Shown here one piece after another: positions 1-8,747 of a DNA stretch of 31,402 nucleotides; within the stretch, counting starts at the first letter, position 1; each line of letters begins with the position of its first letter. This DNA comes from a virus. Lineage: Duplodnaviria; Caudoviricetes. The translations under genes were made by a program, and so were the position numbers. Location: IMG/VR virus record IMGVR_UViG_3300049182_000045, positions 1 through 31,402 of that record. One strand, given 5' to 3'. The notes under the pieces are model-generated. The model was not told the origin of the DNA. It worked only from the letters and a program-made list of their open reading frames with translations, and ran no database searches.

Positions 1-975
1 GAGATGTTCCTGATGATTCTGAAGTTGGCAAGCCAGCACCAGAAGAAGAAGCAGACCATCAACGTCAATGGTCAGTGGATCGATGTCGATCCTCGGGAAT
101 GGCGCAACCAGTTCGACATGACGGTAAATGTCGGCCTCGGGATCGGCTCGAAGGACGCGCAGGTTCGCAAGCTGATGGCTGTGAGCGAGAAGCAGGCTCA
201 AGCTATGGCGATCGGTGTGGCAAGCCCCCAGAACGTCTACAACCTGATGTCCGACATCACGAAGATGATGGGCAACAAGTCGCCGGACCGTTACTGGAAT
301 GACCCGGTGAAGAACCCGCCGCCTCCGAAGGGACCAGATCCCGAGCAGATGAAGCTGCAGGGTCAGATGCAGATCGAGCAGGCCAAGTTGCAGGCTCAGA
401 TGCAGGGCAAGCAGGCTGATCTGCAGGCAAGCGCTCAGATCGAGCAGATGAAGGCCCAGTTCGCTGCTCAGGTTGCAGAGGCTGACCGGGCCTACGAAGC
501 CCAGCTTGAGCAGGCCAAGATGCAGATGCAGGCTGAAGTCGATGTGAATCGCCAAAGGTCCGAGGCTGAGCAGAAGACCCTGGAGATGCAGCAAGCGGCC
601 CAACTGGCTCAGTTGCAGGCGCAGTACCAAGACGCGGCGGATGAGCGTGAGAACGCCCTGAAGTGGCAGATCGAGCAACTGAAGTCGGCAACGGCTATCG
701 AGGTTGCGCAGATCCAGGCATCGGTGAAGGTCCACGACACCTCCATGAAGGCTGCTACTGCACAGAGCACGGCTGAACTGGGCGCTGCGACAAGCCTGGA
801 GACCTCCAAGGACAAGGAAGTGAAGAAGGAGCCGGCTCAGCCTGCTATCGATCTCACCCCGATCACCACTGCTGCTAAGCAGATGCTCGATGCAGCGGCC
901 GAGATGCGCAAACCCCGCAAGCGAACCCTCATCCGTGGTGAAGACGGCAGGGCTACTGGATCTATTGAGGAATAA
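1..975 (+). CDS. Portal protein, C-terminal part (5' truncated by window edge), with long Gln/Ala-rich coiled-coil tail
   Basis: Contains 'FDMTVNVGLGIG', typical of podovirus portal C-terminal regions, then a long helical QA-rich extension; lies upstream of scaffold and capsid. Confidence 0.8.
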   Translation, partial: EMFLMILKLASQHQKKKQTINVNGQWIDVDPREWRNQFDMTVNVGLGIGSKDAQVRKLMAVSEKQAQAMAIGVASPQNVYNLMSDITKMMGNKSPDRYWNDPVKNPPPPKGPDPEQMKLQGQMQIEQAKLQAQMQGKQADLQASAQIEQMKAQFAAQVAEADRAYEAQLEQAKMQMQAEVDVNRQRSEAEQKTLEMQQAAQLAQLQAQYQDAADERENALKWQIEQLKSATAIEVAQIQASVKVHDTSMKAATAQSTAELGAATSLETSKDKEVKKEPAQPAIDLTPITTAAKQMLDAAAEMRKPRKRTLIRGEDGRATGSIEE

Positions 976-977
976 CG

Positions 978-1415
978 ATGTCCAAGACGAATACCTGGGA
1001 GAACGACCTCCTGCTGCTCATGTTCAACAACACGAACAGCGCGCTTCATGGCGATGCGACCGGCCTCCGTGGCTCGAGCACAGCCGGCAGCTACTATTTC
1101 TCGCTGCACACGGCTGATCCTGGCGAAGCCGGCGACCAGACTACGAGCGAGATCGCCTACACCAGCTATGCGCGGGTTGCTGTGGCTCGAAGTGGGGCCG
1201 GCTTCACCGTGACGAACAATGCGGTTGCTACGGCTGCTGCGGTCACTTTCCCGGCTGGCACCGGTGGTTCTGGCACTGCGACGCACTTCGGCATCGGCTG
1301 TTCCTCGTCTGGTGCTGGAAAGCTGCTGTACAAGGGCGCGTTGACGCCAAACGTGGTTTGCGGTTCTGGTGTCACTCCGCAGATCAACGCCGGCACGGTC
1401 GTTACCGAGGACTAA
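978..1415 (+). CDS. Virion structural protein (fibre-associated family)
   Basis: GAGGA RBS; 'SLHTADPGEAG..SEIAYTSYARVAV' motif seen in phage fibre-associated proteins; Gly/Thr/Ala-rich. Confidence 0.65.
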   Translation: MSKTNTWENDLLLLMFNNTNSALHGDATGLRGSSTAGSYYFSLHTADPGEAGDQTTSEIAYTSYARVAVARSGAGFTVTNNAVATAAAVTFPAGTGGSGTATHFGIGCSSSGAGKLLYKGALTPNVVCGSGVTPQINAGTVVTED

Positions 1416-2825
1416 ATGGCCGCCGCCGTTCGCGGTAGTTCGGTCGTTGGCGGGAGCGGCGTCACATCGCTTGCTACCGGCTCCTTCACCAGCGCTACCG
1501 GCGACACGATCGGGGTTTGGTTCAACTACGGGGCTTCGACAGACCCCACGAGCGTTACTGACAACAAGGGCAACACCTACACCCAAAGAGGGAAGGTGTC
1601 CCGTACAGGTAGTTTCACATCCTTCCTGTACACCTGCGAAAACGCGACGGGCGGTGCTGGGACCGTCGTCACGCTGAATATCGGGTTCACTGAGTATCCG
1701 ACCCTCGCTGCTGTGGCGATGTCGGGTGTTGTGACCTCGTCGGTGCTGGACGTGCTGACGACTGATGGGGTTGACACTGTTCAACCCTGGACCTTGTCGA
1801 GCGGTACGCTTGCGCAGGCCGATGAGATAGTTTTCGGCTTCGTTGGGTCGGACAGCGGCGGCGCGTCGGACACGTTCACCGAAGGCTCGGGCATGACGAA
1901 GCTCGGGGAGGTGGTGGACTCGAACCTGTACTGGACAGGTGCTCTGGCTTATGTGGTGGTTGCGGCTACCACTGCTCGCGTGCAGTCCTGGACGAACAGC
2001 GGTGGTGGGTCGAATTCGACGCAGATCGTCGCTTCGTTCAAGGCATCGGGTGGTGGCGGTGGCCCGACGACCACAACGGCAACGGCTGCGGCGGGTGTAG
2101 CGACTGTCTCTGGTGTTGGGGCTTCGAGCGCCAAGACGACAGGTACAGCGGCTGCCGGAACGGCTACGGTTGCCGGCGTCGGGTCATCGACTGCGGTAAC
2201 GACTGCCACGGCTGCTGCTGGCTCTGCGACGGTTTCTGCGGTTGGTGCTGCGGTCATCCTGACCACTGCGACAGCGGCGGCAGGGGCTGCAACGGTCTCG
2301 GGGGTGGGTTCCTCCACTGCTGCGACGGGCGGGCAGGCTAACGGGGTTGCGACGGTCTCTGGTGCTGGTGCATCGACTGCTGCAACTGCGGGCCAGGCGG
2401 CAGGATCGGCGACTGTCAGTGCTGTCGGGTCGAGTTCTGCGGCAACGACTGCAACGCCGGCCGCTGGATCGGCAACGGTCAGCGCGGTTGGTAGTTCGGT
2501 GGCTGCTGGGCAGACCACGGCAGTCCCTGCTGAGGGCGTTGCGACGGTCAGCGCGCAGGGATCGAGCATTGTTGCGACAACTGCCGTACCAGCGCAGGGT
2601 TCGTCTGAGGTGTCTGCGACCACTCCGACGAGTGGCGGCGGTGGATACGACGACGCCAGGCGCAAGGTCCGCAAGCGCGTCAATGAACTGAACAAGAAGA
2701 TCCTGCAGGCCGAGCAGGAGACCAAACAGACTGCTGTCACCAAGGCGAAAAGCGTCCAAAAGAGCGCTCCGACCGAACAGGGATTCGATGAAGACGAAGA
2801 AGAAGCGCTGATGCTGCTGCTATGA
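1416..2825 (+). CDS. Fibre-like protein: beta-rich N-domain, ~21-aa Ala/Thr/Gly/Ser repeats, basic helix and acidic-hydrophobic C-terminus
   Basis: GAGG RBS at 1407-1410; ~9 repeats of the type TAAAGxATVSxVGxS; ends DEDEEEALMLLL. Confidence 0.7.
   Translation: MAAAVRGSSVVGGSGVTSLATGSFTSATGDTIGVWFNYGASTDPTSVTDNKGNTYTQRGKVSRTGSFTSFLYTCENATGGAGTVVTLNIGFTEYPTLAAVAMSGVVTSSVLDVLTTDGVDTVQPWTLSSGTLAQADEIVFGFVGSDSGGASDTFTEGSGMTKLGEVVDSNLYWTGALAYVVVAATTARVQSWTNSGGGSNSTQIVASFKASGGGGGPTTTTATAAAGVATVSGVGASSAKTTGTAAAGTATVAGVGSSTAVTTATAAAGSATVSAVGAAVILTTATAAAGAATVSGVGSSTAATGGQANGVATVSGAGASTAATAGQAAGSATVSAVGSSSAATTATPAAGSATVSAVGSSVAAGQTTAVPAEGVATVSAQGSSIVATTAVPAQGSSEVSATTPTSGGGGYDDARRKVRKRVNELNKKILQAEQETKQTAVTKAKSVQKSAPTEQGFDEDEEEALMLLL
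2075..2620 (+). repeat. Degenerate ~60-69-bp coding tandem repeat (~9 copies)
   Basis: The translation shows repeated AGxATVSxVG units. Confidence 0.8.
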
Positions 2826-3112
2826 CCCTCAACGAACGAATCTACAACGCCGATCAGGCGAAGCTTGTCCTTGAGAACGAAGCCTTCAAACGGGCCTTCG
2901 AGGACATCAAACAGGAGTTGACAGAACAATGGAAGACATCGCCCGCAAGAGACCAGGACGGCCGCGAAAAGTTGTGGCTGATGCTGAAACTGCTGGACAA
3001 GGTGCATCTGTGCCTGGAATCGTCCCTGGACTCGGGGAAGCTGGCAGCGAAGGAGCTGGAGTATCAGGAGAGCATGGCAAAGAAGGCCAAGGGATGGCTT
3101 GGGCTGAGCTGA
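2822..3112 (+). CDS. Small helical phage head-region protein
   Basis: ATGA overlap with the upstream gene; lies between portal and scaffold. Confidence 0.75.
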   Translation: MTLNERIYNADQAKLVLENEAFKRAFEDIKQELTEQWKTSPARDQDGREKLWLMLKLLDKVHLCLESSLDSGKLAAKELEYQESMAKKAKGWLGLS

Positions 3113-3273
3113 TCCGCCTCGTGCATGAGAAGCACAGCCGAGAGCACCAGATCGCGACCGTTTGGCACCCTGAATCGGAGGGCGAGACCCTGGAAACGAA
3201 GCTCGGCAACGTCCGAGTGCTGCAAGGCCCGGCTCAGTACCAACTGACCACGGGCGAGATCATCGAGATTTAA
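3094..3273 (+). CDS. Hypothetical protein (59 aa; may start at 2929, overlapping the upstream gene)
   Basis: Protein-like composition; fills the gap before the scaffold leader; AAGGG upstream of the ATG. Confidence 0.5.
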   Translation: MAWAELIRLVHEKHSREHQIATVWHPESEGETLETKLGNVRVLQGPAQYQLTTGEIIEI

Positions 3274-3307
3274 CCGTCCGCTCACCCGGGTATCAATTGG
3301 TGAGCAG

Positions 3308-3336
3308 CCCAGCGCAGTGATGCGTCGGCAAAGGAG
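3308..3336 (+). promoter_or_regulatory. GNRA-hairpin/RBS motif, copy 1 (scaffold leader)
   Basis: CGCA-GTGA-TGCG at 3313-3324, then AGGAG and GTG start at 3342. Confidence 0.55.
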
Positions 3337-3341
3337 AGCAT

Positions 3342-4301
3342 GTGGACACGTCTACGACACCCACGGAGAGTTTGAGCACAGATCAGGCGGCAGGGGCATT
3401 CTTGGAAGCTCTGAGCCCGCCAGAACCAGAGAAAGAGGTATCCCCTCCGACTCAATCCGAGGCCGAAGAGGCAGCGGAAACCCCTGCTGAGAACAACGCA
3501 GTAGGGGAGGGCGACGACGCCCCACCTGAGCCAGAGACAGATGAGATCGTCACCGTCCTTGTTGACGGCAAGCCGGTCGAACTGACGAAAGCCCAGATCG
3601 CCGAGGCTCACAAGAGTGGGTTGCGGCAAGCCGACTACACGAAGAAGACGACCGAACTGGCCGAGCAGCGCAAAACTGCGGAAGCCGAGACGGCGAAAGC
3701 TCGTGAGGAACGCCAGCAGTACGCGCAGAACCTTTCGAGGAACCAGGCGCTACTGGAAGGCGCGCTGCAAGAGCAGCAAAAGACAGACTGGCATGCGCTA
3801 CGCGAGTCGGACCCTGTTGAGTTTCTGAAGCAATGGCACCTCTTCACCGAGAGACAAGCCGCGTTGCAGCAGACGCATCAGCAGCAGGCCGCACTGCAAG
3901 CGCGTGACCGAGCCGAGCAAGAGCAGAGCTTCAAGGCCCACGTTTCGGATCAGCGGGAACAACTCCTCGCCAAGATCCCGGAATGGAAGGACGAAGCGAA
4001 GCAGAAAGCCGGCGTGGCAGAGATCAAGACCTACATGCAGAAGCAGGGTTTGACCGAAGCCGAGATCATGGGAGTGACAGACCACCGCGCGATCGTCATG
4101 ACTCGTAAGGCCATGCTTTACGACCAGATGATTGCCAAGGCATCCGCCGCCGCGAAGAAGATGGACAACGTACCCAAGAGGGTCGAGCGTCCTGCTGTTG
4201 GCGAGACGAATGTCCTGGACAAGCGCAATGCAGCCTTTCAGCGTCTTCAGAAGACTGGACGCCCCGAGGATGCAGCGGGTCTATTTGCTCAATTCCTGTA
4301 A
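3342..4301 (+). CDS. Capsid scaffolding protein
   Basis: Acidic disordered N-terminus, 'VLVDGKPVELT...GLRQADYTKKT' motif and coiled coil; directly upstream of the major capsid gene. Confidence 0.85.
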   Translation: MDTSTTPTESLSTDQAAGAFLEALSPPEPEKEVSPPTQSEAEEAAETPAENNAVGEGDDAPPEPETDEIVTVLVDGKPVELTKAQIAEAHKSGLRQADYTKKTTELAEQRKTAEAETAKAREERQQYAQNLSRNQALLEGALQEQQKTDWHALRESDPVEFLKQWHLFTERQAALQQTHQQQAALQARDRAEQEQSFKAHVSDQREQLLAKIPEWKDEAKQKAGVAEIKTYMQKQGLTEAEIMGVTDHRAIVMTRKAMLYDQMIAKASAAAKKMDNVPKRVERPAVGETNVLDKRNAAFQRLQKTGRPEDAAGLFAQFL

Positions 4302-4302
4302 C

Positions 4303-4326
4303 CCCTAACGCCGAGAGGCGCCGGAG
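4303..4326 (+). promoter_or_regulatory. GNRA-hairpin/RBS motif, copy 2 (major capsid leader)
   Basis: CCCTAA-CGCC-GAGA-GGCG-CCGGAG, ATG at 4333. Confidence 0.7.
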
Positions 4327-4332
4327 TTTGAA

Positions 4333-5256
4333 ATGACTGCACCTACCAATACGTTCCTCACCACTGCCGCGATCGGCAACCGTGAGGATTTGAGCGACAT
4401 CATCTATCGGATCACCCCGACCGAGACGCCGTTCCTCAACATGTCGGCCAAGTCGAAGGCGACCAACACCCTGCACGAGTGGCAGACCCAAGACCTCGCG
4501 GCGGCTGCGGCCAACGCCCAGGTTGAAGGCGACGACGCTACTGCTGTGGCTGCGACCCCGACCGTTCGCCTGAGCAACCGTACCCAGATCTCGGCCAAGA
4601 CGGCGAGCGTGTCCGGTTCGCAACAAGCGTCCGACACCGCTGGCCGCAAGAACGAGATGGCCTATCAGATGAGCCTGAAGGCGCTGGAACTGAAGCGCGA
4701 CATGGAGTTCGGCCTGACGCAGAACAACGTCACCGCCACTGCTCCGCGTCAATCGCGCGGTCTGCTCGGCTGGGTGGTGGACAACACCTCGAAGGACGCC
4801 GGCACCACGCTTGCCAGCTACACCGGCAACACCGCCCAGACGGACGGTTCGACCCGTGCTTTCACGGAAGCCCAACTGAAGTCTGTTCTGCAACTCCAGT
4901 GGACTGCCGGTGGCAAGCCGGACACCATCATGCTCGGTGGTACTGCCAAGCAAACCTTCTCGACCTTCACCGGCAATGCAACGCGGATGGACAAGTCGGA
5001 AGACGGCAAGCTGTTCGCTTCGATCGAGGTCTACGCCTCCGATTTCGGCGACATCAAGGCGGTTCCGAACCGTTTCCAGCGCACTCGCGACGTGTTCATC
5101 CTGCAAAGCGACATGGTTGCCGTTGCCTACTTCCGCCCGTTCTCGACGGTGGACCTGGCGAAGACCGGCGACGCTGACCGCAAGCAGATCATCGTCGAGT
5201 ACTGCCTGGAGATGCGCAATCCGAAGGCCCACGGCGCCGTGTACGACATCGCCTAA
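4333..5256 (+). CDS. Major capsid protein (DUF5309/SU10-like family)
   Basis: 'GNREDLSDIIYRITPTETPF', 'HEWQTQDL', 'ELKRDME' and 'LAKTGD' motifs; strong codon bias. Confidence 0.9.
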   Translation: MTAPTNTFLTTAAIGNREDLSDIIYRITPTETPFLNMSAKSKATNTLHEWQTQDLAAAAANAQVEGDDATAVAATPTVRLSNRTQISAKTASVSGSQQASDTAGRKNEMAYQMSLKALELKRDMEFGLTQNNVTATAPRQSRGLLGWVVDNTSKDAGTTLASYTGNTAQTDGSTRAFTEAQLKSVLQLQWTAGGKPDTIMLGGTAKQTFSTFTGNATRMDKSEDGKLFASIEVYASDFGDIKAVPNRFQRTRDVFILQSDMVAVAYFRPFSTVDLAKTGDADRKQIIVEYCLEMRNPKAHGAVYDIA

Positions 5257-5261
5257 AGGCA

Positions 5262-5290
5262 TGGGGCCACCTTCGGGTGGTTCCGCTTCT
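5262..5290 (+). terminator. Hairpin after the capsid gene (weak terminator or mRNA stabiliser)
   Basis: GGGGCCACC-TTCG-GGTGGTTCC stem with UUCG loop and a poor U tail. Confidence 0.55.
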
Positions 5291-5300
5291 GGAGAACCAA

Positions 5301-5720
5301 ATGGGCAAGCAAATCACTCAAACCGCTACTGGCGGACTGGCGATCGTCGATGACGCCGCCTCGTCTGTCGGCTGCGCCGTCATGGCGCTGACGTGGAACG
5401 TCGCTCGTGGAGCAACGAACACCGTCACTGTCGGGGTCATCCCCGCAAACGCTCGCATCCTCGGGATCTGGGTGCAGAACACGGTCGTTCACAACGCCGT
5501 GACGACTGCAAACGTGTCGGTGGGCCTGTCTGGTGGTACTGCCACCTACTTCTCTGCCGCGCAGGACATCAAGACCGCGATCGGGAACTTCTCGCTGGCC
5601 GCGACTGTTGGTTGGACGCCTTCCGCCAACGCTCAGACGGTGACCTGCACCTACACGGAAACCGGCACGGCCTCCACGACCGGCACCGCTACCGTGTCGA
5701 TGCTGTACACGGTCCTGTGA
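5301..5720 (+). CDS. Putative capsid decoration/minor structural protein
   Basis: GGAG RBS; Thr/Ala/Val-rich beta protein right after the capsid gene. Confidence 0.65.
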   Translation: MGKQITQTATGGLAIVDDAASSVGCAVMALTWNVARGATNTVTVGVIPANARILGIWVQNTVVHNAVTTANVSVGLSGGTATYFSAAQDIKTAIGNFSLAATVGWTPSANAQTVTCTYTETGTASTTGTATVSMLYTVL

Positions 5721-5725
5721 CCACC

Positions 5726-5750
5726 GCCCCTTCGGGGGCTCTTCTTCATT
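5726..5750 (+). terminator. Putative intrinsic terminator
   Basis: GCCCC-TTCG-GGGGC followed by TCTTCTTCATT. Confidence 0.55.
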
Positions 5751-5773
5751 CCTAACGCTGCGAAGCGCTGGAG
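5751..5773 (+). promoter_or_regulatory. GNRA-hairpin/RBS motif, copy 3
   Basis: CCTAA-CGCT-GCGA-AGCG-CTGGAG, ATG at 5779. Confidence 0.7.
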
Positions 5774-5778
5774 CAAGC

Positions 5779-6090
5779 ATGTCGAAAACCTATTCGCCCG
5801 CAGTCCAAGTGGCTGTGACCGGCGCGCTCATCACCACGTCTGGCGTGTCTGCCGGCGCAACGATCCCCAACAACTCCGCTGGTGAAAAGCCCCGGTACAT
5901 CCGCGTTGCTGCCACTGCTGCGGCGACCGTTCGTATCGGTGTGGGCGCGCAAACCGCATTGACCACGGACATGCTCGTTCAGCCTGGCGATTCGGTTGTG
6001 ATGGCTGTCGCCTCGGGTGTGACCAACATCGCGGCTCTGCAGGTGACTGCGGCTGGTGTCGTTCAGGTCTCCCCCCTGGAGAACTCGTAA
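5779..6090 (+). CDS. Small virion structural protein
   Basis: GGAG RBS; beta-rich; located in the head-completion region. Confidence 0.7.
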   Translation: MSKTYSPAVQVAVTGALITTSGVSAGATIPNNSAGEKPRYIRVAATAAATVRIGVGAQTALTTDMLVQPGDSVVMAVASGVTNIAALQVTAAGVVQVSPLENS

Positions 6091-6374
6091 TGACCGTCGC
6101 GACCCGCTTCCACTTCGATGACGGGAAGATGGTCACGCAGCGGACGCAGGACTGCACGCCTATTGCTGAGCGTGCCAAGGCCCTCCACAACGAGGGTTTG
6201 CACGGGTCGAGCGACTTCAAGCACGCTGCCTCCATCCCTGCCGTGATCGTCGAGAGCTATTGCAACCAGCACAACATCGACTTTGCCGAGTTCATGGGGA
6301 ACAAGGAGCACATCAAACGGCTGTGCAACGACCCCACGTTCAGCCAGTTCCGCGTCTGGCCCGGGAGGCTCTAA
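6090..6374 (+). CDS. Phage hypothetical protein (head completion region)
   Basis: TAATG coupling with the upstream gene; 'HAASIP..IVE' motif. Confidence 0.7.
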   Translation: MTVATRFHFDDGKMVTQRTQDCTPIAERAKALHNEGLHGSSDFKHAASIPAVIVESYCNQHNIDFAEFMGNKEHIKRLCNDPTFSQFRVWPGRL

Positions 6375-6989
6375 GTGGCGCTTTCCAATTACACCGATCT
6401 GCTGGCCTCGGTCGCCTCGTGGATGAACCGCACGGACATGACGGCGGTTATCCCCGACTTCGTGACCATCGCAGAGAGCCGGATTGCTCGCGATCTTCGT
6501 CATCGCAAGCAGCTTGTGTCCGACACGCTTACAGCCTCCATCACGACCCGTGCTGTTGCGCTTCCTTCGGATTGGCTGGAGTTCTCCAACCTGACCATTG
6601 ACGGCACGCCGGACACGATCCTGCAGGCCGTGACCATGGAGCACCTGAACGCCAACTATCCCGAAGCAGGGTATTCGGCCAAGCCCATCGTCTTTGCTGT
6701 GGATGGGGACAACGTGCTGTTCGGGCCTCTTCCTGACGACGCCTACACGGTCAACATCGACTACTTCGCCCGCTTTCCTTCGCTGGCGACGGATGCGACG
6801 AACTGGCTGATGACCAATCACCCGAAGGTCTACCTCTCGGCGTGCATGGCAGAAGCGGCCTCGTTCACCTTCGATCCGCAACGCGCGGCCGAGTGGAACG
6901 CGATCTACAAGGGCGAGATTGCCGAGCTGCAGAAGGACGATGACGCATCCGCCCATAGCGGCTCTGTCCTGAGGGTCAAGAAGAAATGA
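6375..6989 (+). CDS. Head-to-tail adaptor protein
   Basis: GTG start with GGGAGG RBS; 'YTDLLASVASWMNRTD..IPDFVTIAESRI' and 'TNWL...P.VYL' motifs of podovirus adaptors. Confidence 0.8.
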   Translation: MALSNYTDLLASVASWMNRTDMTAVIPDFVTIAESRIARDLRHRKQLVSDTLTASITTRAVALPSDWLEFSNLTIDGTPDTILQAVTMEHLNANYPEAGYSAKPIVFAVDGDNVLFGPLPDDAYTVNIDYFARFPSLATDATNWLMTNHPKVYLSACMAEAASFTFDPQRAAEWNAIYKGEIAELQKDDDASAHSGSVLRVKKK

Positions 6990-8443
6990 CCCCAATCGCC
7001 GGCTTCGCCCCCGACAGCGATCCATGCGCTCCTGGCGTGCTCATGGACTGCTCAAACCTCGTTCCCTATCCGGCTGGGTTCATGGGCGCTCCTTCGGCTG
7101 TGTCCGTGGGTGCGAACGCCCTCGCAGCGGAGTGTCGCGGCGCGGTGGTGGCGACGAAGCTGGACGGGTCTCGCCGGATCTTCGCGGGAACCCAGACCAA
7201 GCTCTACGAACTGAGCGGTACTTCCTGGACGGACCGCAGCGCAGGCGGCGGCAGCTACACGGGTTCGAGCGAATCGCGCTGGTCCTATTGCCAGTTCGGC
7301 GACACCACGATCGCAACGAACCTCGCTGATGCCATGCAAAGCTCGTCTTCTGGGGCGTTTGCAGCGATTGCAGGCGCTCCGAAGGCAAAGGTAGTGGTCT
7401 CGGCCTCCAATAACTTCGTCCTGGCTTTCAACACGAACGAGGGCACCTATGGTCAGTCTCAGGATCGGTGGTGGTGTTCTGCACAAGGTAATCAGGCGGA
7501 CTGGACGCCGGCTGTCTCCACCTCTTCCAACACGGGCCGTCTCGTCGCGGTTGAGGGGGCGATTCAGGCTGCTTTGACCCTGGGTGACTACGTTGTTGCC
7601 TACAAGCAGCGAGCCATCTTCGTCGGAAGCTACGTAGGCGCTCCGGTTGTCTGGCAGTGGAACCTGATCCCCGGTGGTGAAGCTGGGGCGGTCGGTCAAG
7701 AGGCTGTGTGCGACATCGGCGGTGCCCATTTCATCGTCGGCAATGACAACTTCTGGATTTTCGATGGGACGCGCCCTGTTCCATTGGGAACTGGTGTGAA
7801 TCGTCAGTGGTTCCTGGACAACTCGAGCCCGACCTATCGCTACCGCACCAAAGCTACTTTCGACAAGCAGAACAACCTTGTTCGGGTCAATTACCCGTCC
7901 AACACGTCTACGGGGACGTGCGATGCGTGCTTGGTGTTCCATGTCGGAACCAAGCGTTGGGGCCGCAACGATGTGACCATCGAGGCGCCGTTGAACTACA
8001 TCGCGCCTGGCGTGACGATCGATGGTCTGGACGGGTATGCAGCGACCGTAGATACCCTGCCAAACATCCCGTTTGACTCGCAGTACTGGCTGTCTGGTGG
8101 GCAGACCCCTGCCTACTTCAACGGCTCTCACTCGCTGGTCTCGATGAACGGGGTTTCGATCTCCTCCAGCTTCACGACTGGGGATCTTGGCGATGACAAC
8201 CTTGTGAGCGTGCTGGACAGGTTCCGGGTGCGCTTCCTGCAGTCCCCGACCTCTGCCACTGCTACCGGCTTCTTCAAGATGAACGAGGGCGACACCTTGC
8301 AAAGCGGTGCGTCCAACGCGATCAACGATGGAAAGTTTGATCTTCGGCAGTCCGCTCGGTTTCACCGGGTTCGGATTGACATGACCGGCGACCACTCGGA
8401 AACGCAGTTTGAAGGTCAACCCAAGAGGACGGGTGGGCGATGA
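6986..8443 (+). CDS. Tail nozzle/DNA stabilisation protein (P22 gp10-like position)
   Basis: 485-aa beta-propeller-like sequence following the adaptor; ATGA coupling. Confidence 0.7.
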   Translation: MTPIAGFAPDSDPCAPGVLMDCSNLVPYPAGFMGAPSAVSVGANALAAECRGAVVATKLDGSRRIFAGTQTKLYELSGTSWTDRSAGGGSYTGSSESRWSYCQFGDTTIATNLADAMQSSSSGAFAAIAGAPKAKVVVSASNNFVLAFNTNEGTYGQSQDRWWCSAQGNQADWTPAVSTSSNTGRLVAVEGAIQAALTLGDYVVAYKQRAIFVGSYVGAPVVWQWNLIPGGEAGAVGQEAVCDIGGAHFIVGNDNFWIFDGTRPVPLGTGVNRQWFLDNSSPTYRYRTKATFDKQNNLVRVNYPSNTSTGTCDACLVFHVGTKRWGRNDVTIEAPLNYIAPGVTIDGLDGYAATVDTLPNIPFDSQYWLSGGQTPAYFNGSHSLVSMNGVSISSSFTTGDLGDDNLVSVLDRFRVRFLQSPTSATATGFFKMNEGDTLQSGASNAINDGKFDLRQSARFHRVRIDMTGDHSETQFEGQPKRTGGR

Positions 8444-8745
8444 GACTCCAGGAAAAGCCACTCCTCCCGCTCGACGCTTCGCGGTTGAACGTCGCCCTTG
8501 ACGGGCTGTTCTACGCGATTGCTACGAAGGTCAACGGCCTAGCAGATGGCCGTCTTTCTCAGATCGACAACGCGCGCACCGCTGTCCCGACGACCGGCAC
8601 ATGGGCTGCGGGTGATTTCGTGCGCAACAGCGCTCCTTCTGAACTTGGCGCGGCTGCAAGCAAGTACGTGATTTTCGGATGGCTATGCACGGTGGGTGGC
8701 ACGCCGGGCACCTTCGTTCAATGCCGCTTTCTGACAGGGAACTAA
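8440..8745 (+). CDS. Small tail-associated protein
   Basis: ATGA coupling; 'PTTGTWAAGDFVRN...GWLCTVGGTPGTF' motif typical of fibre/spike modules. Confidence 0.65.
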   Translation: MRLQEKPLLPLDASRLNVALDGLFYAIATKVNGLADGRLSQIDNARTAVPTTGTWAAGDFVRNSAPSELGAAASKYVIFGWLCTVGGTPGTFVQCRFLTGN

Positions 8746-8747
8746 AA

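Noticed and set aside
1410-1420. Stop-codon readthrough fusing 978-1415 to 1416-2825 (in-frame TAA-ATG); same arrangement at 6372-6377
   Set aside because: TAA is rarely read through, and both downstream genes have their own SD (GAGG, GGGAGG)
7052-8461. Long antisense ORFs (also 837-1784, 1949-3007, 4096-5262, 6063-7025, 10801-12033, 22700-24028, 27176-28060)
   Set aside because: They are shadows of GC-rich, codon-biased genes on the opposite strand, with no recognisable motifs
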